DNA of 64,000 nucleotides from an uncultured Gammaproteobacteria bacterium (GTDB lineage Bacteria; Pseudomonadota; Gammaproteobacteria; CAWJOP01): NCBI GenBank assembly GCA_963844535.1, contig CAWJOP010000008.1, positions 196,801 to 260,800 of the forward strand, read 5' to 3'. Shown piece by piece: positions 58,320 to 64,000 of this stretch (position 1 is its first letter; each line of letters starts with the position of its first letter). The notes under the pieces were generated by a model. It saw only the letters and a program-made list of their open reading frames with translations, ran no database searches and was not told where the DNA came from. The position numbers and the translations under genes were made by a program.

Positions 58320-59348
58320 ATGAGCTCACTAGTATCACCAGAATTGCTAACCGCCATTCGTGTTGTGTTAAATCAAACAAGAACCCAATTACAGCAAACT
58401 ATTAATCATACGATGGTTAAAACCTACTGGGAGGTTGGGCGATTGATTGTGGAAGATGAACAACATGGCCAAAAACGTGCTAGCTATGGTCAACAACAAA
58501 TTAAAGCGTTATCCATCCAACTAGCCAACGAATTTGGCAAGGGATTTGATGAGCGTAATCTTAGGAATATGCGAGCTTTTTACTTAACATACCCAATTTG
58601 GAACACAGTGTGTACCAAATTGAGTTGGTCTCATTATCGCGTACTATTACGGGTTGAAAACCAGGCCGCCCGCGAATGGTACATGAAGGAAACCATTGAG
58701 CAAGTCTGGAGCGTAAGAGCATTAGATCGCCAAATCGACAAACTATACTATGAGCGCCTCTTAAGCAGCAAAGATAAACTCCCTGTCATTAAAGAAGCCA
58801 GCGAACATACTCAATCTTTACAAACAGATGCAAAAGATTATTTGCGCGACCCTTACATTTTAGATTTTCTAAACCTTCCCTACCAGCCCATCGTTGAAAC
58901 GGATTTAGAGCAAGCCCTGATAAGCAATTTACAGCATTTTTTATTGGAGTTGGGCAAAGGGTTTGCTTTTGTTGAACGCCAACAAAGGATTGCTACTGAC
59001 GATCAGGATTTTTATATCGATCTGGTTTTTTACAATTTCAAATTAAAATGCTTTCTCTTGGTAGACCTAAAAATAGGCAAGCTTACCCATCAAGATGTGG
59101 GGCAAATGGACACCTATGTAAGAATTTATGATCAACATCGTAAAGGCGCAGACGATAATCCTACCATTGGTTTGATTTTATGCAGTCAAAAAAGCGAAGC
59201 GGTTGCTAAATATTCTGTATTAACCGAAAGCAAGCAATTATTTGCTGCTAAATACTTGCACTATTTACCTACTGAAGAGGAGCTTCGCATTGAATTAGAA
59301 CGTGAGCGTGCTGCTTTAAATCAATTACCTAATAACGCTCAGGATTAA
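58320..59348 (+). CDS. DUF1016/YhcG-family PD-(D/E)xK nuclease domain protein
   Basis: 342 aa. The N-terminal VLNQTRTQLQQTINHTMVKTYWEVGRLIVEDEQ, WSHYRVLL, EWYMKETIEQ.WSVRALDRQI, and the C-terminal D..E.K-type core (FYIDLVFYNFKLKCFLLVDLKIGKLTHQDVGQMDTY) are characteristic of YhcG-like proteins. Confidence 0.8.
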   Translation: MSSLVSPELLTAIRVVLNQTRTQLQQTINHTMVKTYWEVGRLIVEDEQHGQKRASYGQQQIKALSIQLANEFGKGFDERNLRNMRAFYLTYPIWNTVCTKLSWSHYRVLLRVENQAAREWYMKETIEQVWSVRALDRQIDKLYYERLLSSKDKLPVIKEASEHTQSLQTDAKDYLRDPYILDFLNLPYQPIVETDLEQALISNLQHFLLELGKGFAFVERQQRIATDDQDFYIDLVFYNFKLKCFLLVDLKIGKLTHQDVGQMDTYVRIYDQHRKGADDNPTIGLILCSQKSEAVAKYSVLTESKQLFAAKYLHYLPTEEELRIELERERAALNQLPNNAQD

Positions 59349-59424
59349 CATCGCATTTTTTATGACAATAATATTCAAAAAGGTTTTTAATGAATCAAAT
59401 TAAAACTCCTCTCTTCAAAAGTCA

Positions 59425-59515
59425 CGTAAGATTTTTATTGCAATAAGAGTACTTGATCCTTTGTAAGCAATTGGATAACACAACTGTTGCAAATTTTGCA
59501 ACAGTTCAAAAAGAA
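59425..59515. repeat. repeat G, copy 2, downstream of yhcG-like gene
   Basis: CACGTAAGATTTTTATTGCAATAAGAGT..CAACTGTTGCAAATTTTGCAACAGTT, in direct orientation with copy 1. Confidence 0.5.
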
Positions 59516-59671
59516 GGGCAAGAGAAGTTAGTTGAAATATTGAATATTTTAACCTTGATATGTCGACCTCTTGCATAGATATTCAGAAGAATATGCATTT
59601 CACCATAATAGAATTTTAGCCATTTTTTATTTCAGTCTTTATCCTTTATAACTCTATGCTATATTAACACC

Positions 59672-59790
59672 ACGCCGTGACTGCACCGATACTAGCAGGT
59701 ACGGGTTTCCCTACACGGCGTCGTTTTTACTTCTTTGGCCATCGTATTAATCCAAATCCCTCAATTTGTCCATTAAACAAAACAGAAATT
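59672..59790. repeat. duplicate of the 3' end plus downstream hairpin of the DUF3800 gene (copy of 44535..44640)
   Basis: ~105 bp at >90% identity: ..CGCCGTGACTGCACCGATACTAGCAGGTACGGGTTTCCCTACACGGCGTCGTTTTTACTTCTTTGGCCATCGTATTAATCCAAATCCCTCAATTT. The minus strand encodes ..EGFGLIRWPKK*, the same C-terminus as the 44602..45357 protein. Confidence 0.6.
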
Positions 59791-59840
59791 ACACAGAGAT
59801 TTTAGTAAGTAAGATATGCAATATGTTGTTTTATTTAAAC

Positions 59841-60428
59841 TTATTTTTTGGGGCACAGTGTTTTTAAAAAAATTAAAATCTTATTTTTATCAAAATCTTC
59901 GATAAATTTCTTATGATTTTCGTTGTATGAAGAAAGATTTTCTTCAATTTCAGAAACAAGGCTTTTGAGATGTTTTGTTTCATCGCGCATTATATCATCA
60001 AATATATTAGCCTTTTCTTTAAAGTAAGTATTTTTGCTATTTTCATAGCTTGCCTCATTTTCTAAAAATTTTTCTAGGTAAAAAGTATTAGTAAGTAATG
60101 CGTCAAAAAATCTCTTAGATAAGAGATAATGCCTAATTATGCTATTTCTATATAATTCATCATTAATAGCGCCAATAATATTTGAGTTAACCTCGTAAGT
60201 TGAAAAATAATTTGAGCTACTTTTTAAAAAATAATTATGGTTTTTAGCTTCGTTAGTGTTTTTTATACCATTTCGGATATCAGAGACTATTTTAAATAGC
60301 TCATTGGTTTCTTCATTTAGCGCTTTTAATGTGCACTTTATTTTTCGATTTTCTCTCTTAAAATTCCAATACAAAGTCACACATGCTCCAACAAGTCCGC
60401 CAATAACTGCACTTATCATCAATTCCAT
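59841..60428 (-). CDS. hypothetical single-pass membrane protein with a coiled-coil-rich cytoplasmic domain
   Basis: 195 aa. There is an N-terminal TM helix (MELMISAVIGGLVGACVTLYW), then a Lys/Glu/Asn-rich helical region. It is the last gene of a three-gene minus-strand cluster. Confidence 0.4.
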   Translation of the reverse strand: MELMISAVIGGLVGACVTLYWNFKRENRKIKCTLKALNEETNELFKIVSDIRNGIKNTNEAKNHNYFLKSSSNYFSTYEVNSNIIGAINDELYRNSIIRHYLLSKRFFDALLTNTFYLEKFLENEASYENSKNTYFKEKANIFDDIMRDETKHLKSLVSEIEENLSSYNENHKKFIEDFDKNKILIFLKTLCPKK

Positions 60429-60445
60429 TTAAGTTTTCCTAATGT

Positions 60446-60694
60446 CTAAGGTAATGAAAAATATTTCTTAAAAAGCTTTTCAGATTGCTCAATACCTTCC
60501 GGAGTCATCACTACGCTTTTGGCTTTTCCGACAGGATTACTAATAAAACCTTTTTCATATAATCGATTTAAACTATCCCAATCAAAACTCTTCCAGGCTC
60601 TCGTTTCAAATCTATCTGAGTGAAAAACTAAGTTCATTAATGCCAATACCATATCATCTACTTTATTTTCGTCATATTCCATAAAGTACCTCAT
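60446..60694 (-). CDS. hypothetical small protein
   Basis: 82 aa (MRYFMEYDENKVDDMVLALMNLVFHSD..). It sits tightly between the NTase-like gene and the membrane-protein gene, with 18-nt gaps. Confidence 0.4.
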   Translation of the reverse strand: MRYFMEYDENKVDDMVLALMNLVFHSDRFETRAWKSFDWDSLNRLYEKGFISNPVGKAKSVVMTPEGIEQSEKLFKKYFSLP

Positions 60695-60712
60695 TATAGT
60701 GGATTCTTACAT

Positions 60713-61573
60713 TTAAGCAGTAAAACTAGCGATTTTTTCTCCGCAAAGTTTTTCGCATAAACTTTTTAAGTGATTTATCTGCTTGACTAATTTACTCAGT
60801 TCTCCTTCCGTGATGACATAACCAGGTTTATAGCGCGCATCAACATAGGCGTTTCTGAGTAGTTTGAATAAGCGTTTATTTTCAGCGTTATCTAGGGGGA
60901 AAACCATTGCCAATTCAGCGTCAATTGTATTAGCAAATTTCCGTAGAACAAGTAGATCATGTGATTTTGGCTTATAACGAGTAAACACTAATAAAATCGC
61001 AGTGTATAAGCGCTCAGTGACTTGATGAAGCTCAAAAGCAGCTTCATTGTAATAATGATGAGTAAAATAAAACTGAAATCCTTCTAAAATATTTTTTGCT
61101 TTATTAAACCAATAATCAAAGTCCTCTTGCGCTAGCTTTTGACGTGCTGCATTCGATAACTCTTTGGACTCGTTTAATTGAAAATTCTCTGAATTGAAAA
61201 GATAGATACCCTCTTTTTTAATATCTGAAAAGAAGTACTGCGCCTTGCTAAGTCGACGATTCACAAATTCAATATCGTGGAGAATAATTGAAATTGGTGT
61301 TTTAAGGCTTGACTCTTGGTCAAGTTTTTCCTCAATCGCTCGCTCTAATTTCCCTTGGGTAATTTCACTGCGAGTTTGCACTAACACTAAAATGTCAAAA
61401 TCACTTTGATAGCGATAATGCTCTTTATCGTATTTATCCTCAACCCAATCACCACGCGCATAGCTGCCAAATAAAATCACCATTTCTGGCTTGGCAATTT
61501 CGCAAATAATTTGTGCAATGGTTTTTAGCTCTTGCTGTTTGCGTTCAGGAAGATGGGCTATGTCCTGTTTCAT
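60713..61573 (-). CDS. pol-beta superfamily nucleotidyltransferase fused to a C-terminal HEPN-like/KNTase-C-like helical domain
   Basis: 286 aa. The N-terminal part has MVILFGSYARGDWVEDKYDKEHYRYQSDFDILVLV (hGS x9-13 DhDh). The C-terminal ~130 aa are helical, with a conserved-looking RNAYVDARYK. Confidence 0.6.
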   Translation of the reverse strand: MKQDIAHLPERKQQELKTIAQIICEIAKPEMVILFGSYARGDWVEDKYDKEHYRYQSDFDILVLVQTRSEITQGKLERAIEEKLDQESSLKTPISIILHDIEFVNRRLSKAQYFFSDIKKEGIYLFNSENFQLNESKELSNAARQKLAQEDFDYWFNKAKNILEGFQFYFTHHYYNEAAFELHQVTERLYTAILLVFTRYKPKSHDLLVLRKFANTIDAELAMVFPLDNAENKRLFKLLRNAYVDARYKPGYVITEGELSKLVKQINHLKSLCEKLCGEKIASFTA

Positions 61574-61730
61574 TGGAGTTCCGTTATATTTTGGAAGATT
61601 GTTAGCATTGTATTTTCTGTATTTTTATTGGGTAGTATGTTGTTGGCGATAATAAAGAATTACCCGCGTTTTGTCCACGGAGCCACATCCCAAAAAGACG
61701 CGGCGAGGTGGGGAAAGGATGGGTAATTCT
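61525..61730. repeat. repeat F, copy 2, covering the start and upstream region of the NTase-like gene
   Basis: See 52905..53100. Palindromes AAGAATTACCC..GGGTAATTCTT and CCGCGTTTT..AAAAGACGCGG lie within the putative 5' UTR. Confidence 0.55.
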
Positions 61731-61748
61731 TTAAGACGATTGAGCAAT

Positions 61749-63254
61749 TTATGTTTTCTCTAAAGAGTTTTTAAAATTTGAAAAGGTTTCACTCAAAAAA
61801 TCGACTTTATAAATTTTATTATCATCTAAATTTAAAATGGCTTGGTATAAGTCTTTATTCTTATCTCTGCATTCTTGACAAGCTACTTCAAAATCAAGGC
61901 AACCTAGTATGTGAAAATCAGTAATTGATGCTTTCATATATTCCAATATTGCTTTCCTTGCGTACTGATTAATTGCAAACATCTCATCGAGATATACGAG
62001 AATGCTAATAATTTTTTGATCTTTAAATTCAATACCGTTTAAAACATTATTTTTAATATGCTCTTTTTTATTTTCCAATTTATCTAATTCTTCTGCTATG
62101 CTTTCAATAAGCGTTTTTATGCCACTATTTTCGCCATTCATTCCCGCTTTTGAATAATTATCAAGTTTCCTTTTTTTACATTCTATTTGAAATATATATT
62201 TATCAGATACAAGCAACCAATCTGCACTTTTTATTCTATTTTTTCCGATTGTGTACTCAATTTCTTTAAACAATTTTGAATTTGGCAACAATTCTGCATT
62301 ATAATATTTAAGCAGAGAACCAACATATTCTTCAAAAATCCCCCCTATTCCCATAAATAAGTTATTTTTTTGACTGTTATTTAACCTATCTATGAGCGCA
62401 TAGTACAACCCTTCAGAAAAAGAATATATGAAATCAGGTATCGAAGGAATAATATATTTTTCTTTCTCAATTTTTGAATTCGTCTTTAGTATAGGAAATC
62501 TTTTAAGCGGATTAAATTCATATTTTTTTAATAAAAAATCATCCACTTTAAACTCTTTAAATTTACTTTTAAATTCTTCTTGATTAGCCGAAAACAAATC
62601 CAAGAATTTATCTATTTTTTCAGAAGTTAATAATGATTTTAGGCAAGAAATAGAATTATCTGTAAGATTTTTTCTGTCAAAAAATTTATTTTGTGTTAAG
62701 GAGGCATAAATACAGAATCCTATTTTGAAAACATCCATTAGGTCTAATTTGATTGATTCATTTAATATCTTTGCTAACTCTGTGTTATTTTCTAAGAGAC
62801 TAGAAAATATAAAATAGTATCGCGCTATTATTGTAATAGGTATGCGCAAGTAAAAATGTTGTAAATTGATGATCCGCAGCGCCAACAACCAGCTATCTTT
62901 AGCTTTGGGATTAATAGTAGAAAGATCAGATTCTAAGCTTTCATAATGATGAGCTAGCTGTGATAAAGTAGCATCATCAAGCTTATTAGATGACCTTTTA
63001 CAGTTCAAAATCACTGTCTTTGCAATAAAAGAAACAGCATGTCTAGCTATTAAAATTTCATCTGTTATCTTAAAAGGGGATCCAGGAGGCGTGATCTCTA
63101 CAGGAATCTTTACATCAGTCTTATTGTTCATTAAAGCTGAAAAATCTTGTAGTTTCATTAGAGAACTAATGTAATCAAATCCGCTAACCATTTTTCTAAA
63201 CTTATTATAGTTAATAGATTCAGATGGAAAAGTAGAAGAGGTGATAATTTCCAT
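61749..63254 (-). CDS. hypothetical large protein with a C-terminal PD-(D/E)xK-like nuclease motif
   Basis: 501 aa. Its C-terminal region, GIGGIFEEYVGSLL.., SADWLLVSDKYIFQIECKKRKL, fits the E...D...(D/E)xK arrangement of the restriction-endonuclease fold. The N-terminal ~350 aa have no recognised motif. Confidence 0.45.
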   Translation of the reverse strand: MEIITSSTFPSESINYNKFRKMVSGFDYISSLMKLQDFSALMNNKTDVKIPVEITPPGSPFKITDEILIARHAVSFIAKTVILNCKRSSNKLDDATLSQLAHHYESLESDLSTINPKAKDSWLLALRIINLQHFYLRIPITIIARYYFIFSSLLENNTELAKILNESIKLDLMDVFKIGFCIYASLTQNKFFDRKNLTDNSISCLKSLLTSEKIDKFLDLFSANQEEFKSKFKEFKVDDFLLKKYEFNPLKRFPILKTNSKIEKEKYIIPSIPDFIYSFSEGLYYALIDRLNNSQKNNLFMGIGGIFEEYVGSLLKYYNAELLPNSKLFKEIEYTIGKNRIKSADWLLVSDKYIFQIECKKRKLDNYSKAGMNGENSGIKTLIESIAEELDKLENKKEHIKNNVLNGIEFKDQKIISILVYLDEMFAINQYARKAILEYMKASITDFHILGCLDFEVACQECRDKNKDLYQAILNLDDNKIYKVDFLSETFSNFKNSLEKT

Positions 63255-63612
63255 ATTAACCGCACTTTTTTCATTAAAATTATAGTCTTGTATTTATCTG
63301 ATAAAATTTCCAACAACCCAAACTATCTCCAAGCTGCACGGTGGACTTACCATCGATTTCAAAATTAATTTCGTTTATTCTCGATCAAAAACCATTAACC
63401 ACACTCTATCACTTTCTTCAATTCTTCAATAAGTGCCTTTTTACCCTATTCCCCCCATCCACTCAAAATCTAAACTGCAAAGTGTGCACTTATAAGTTGC
63501 TATCGCAACTTAATCTGGTTGATGAGTGTGTTTCGGCAAGTTTGCTTGATTTAGATACTTGGGTGAATCATTATAAATCCCGTAATGGACACCCAGCGCA
63601 ATAGGAGAGCGT

Positions 63613-64000
63613 ATGGGAACAAAACGAACGCCAGGTCTTGTTAAACAAGGCAATGTCTGGCATATCGATAAAAAAATCGACGGAGTCAGAATTTGCGAAA
63701 GCACTGGCACTAGTCAACTTAAAGAAGCAGAAAAATACTTAGCAAAACGATTAGAAACTATTCGGCAAGCGAAAGTATATGGGGTGAGACCCAAGCGATT
63801 ATTTAGAGAAGCGGCCACTAAATTTTTGCTTGAGCATCAACATAAACGAAGTTTACGTGATGATGTGAGTAGACTAAAAATTCTTGATGGTTACATTGGG
63901 AGTTTAATACTTGAGTCTGTGCATATGGGTTCGCTTCAAGCCTATATTGCAGCAAGACAAAAAGAAGGCGTGAAAATTCGTACGATTAATCACGGATTAC
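63613..64000 (+). CDS. int: tyrosine recombinase/phage-type (P4-like) integrase, N-terminal 129 codons; the gene runs off the window end
   Basis: The ATG at 63613 is preceded by AGGAGAG. My translation, MGTKRTPGLVKQGNVWHIDKKIDGVRICESTGTSQLKEAEKYLAKRLETIRQAKVYGVRPKRLFREAATKFLLEH..SLRDDVSRLKILDGYIGSLILESVHMGSLQAYIAARQKEGVKIRTINHGL, matches the Arm-binding plus SAM-like N-terminus of P4/CP4-57-type integrases. It is absent from the ORF track because it has no stop in the window. Confidence 0.75.
   Translation, partial: MGTKRTPGLVKQGNVWHIDKKIDGVRICESTGTSQLKEAEKYLAKRLETIRQAKVYGVRPKRLFREAATKFLLEHQHKRSLRDDVSRLKILDGYIGSLILESVHMGSLQAYIAARQKEGVKIRTINHGL

Overview
This 64-kb window is low-GC gammaproteobacterial DNA whose gene content suggests a Legionellales-like (Legionella/Coxiella/Rickettsiella-type) intracellular lineage. 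Supporting that lineage are a two-subunit gcvP, an F-box protein, a low-complexity eukaryote-like protein and autotransporters.

The left ~43 kb is chromosomal backbone:
- A partial phaC, purL, an MHS-type transporter and minC.
- The gcvT-gcvH-gcvPA-gcvPB operon, with gcvPB broken by frameshifts.
- cysQ, murA and mlaFEDC.
- A DUF2282/DUF692/DUF2063 (bufferin-type MNIO RiPP) operon next to yceI-cybB-yceI.
- An autotransporter, an APC permease, a CcdA-thioredoxin fusion, an avidin-family protein, map and maf.

The backbone carries at least four families of small palindromic repeats.
- One family is a ~630-bp element with ~105-bp terminal inverted repeats that carries only a DUF559 endonuclease gene. 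A second copy has no cargo.
- One palindromic element sits in-frame inside gcvT.
- A third is the REP-like 'ACGTGCCGCTGCCACG...' family.
- A fourth is the 'GTCATTGCGAG...GCAATCCAG' family.

The right ~18 kb looks like two genomic islands in tandem. Both are marked by tRNA-Phe 3' fragments, at 46321 and 57903, and a P4-type integrase gene runs off the right edge.

Island cargo:
- An inverse-autotransporter-like adhesin, a secreted Nuc/PLD, a Cache-adenylate cyclase and GFA.
- IS481/IS630 remnants flanking an F-box protein.
- A DUF1016/YhcG nuclease bracketed by direct repeats.
- DUF3800 paralogue fragments.
- A minus-strand module of a pol-beta NTase-HEPN-like protein, a small protein and a membrane protein, next to a large protein with a C-terminal PD-(D/E)xK-like motif. 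This is a candidate uncharacterised defence locus.

I found no rRNA, intact tRNA or CRISPR array. All calls rest on my own translation and pattern reading of the sequence and ORF track. No database search was possible.
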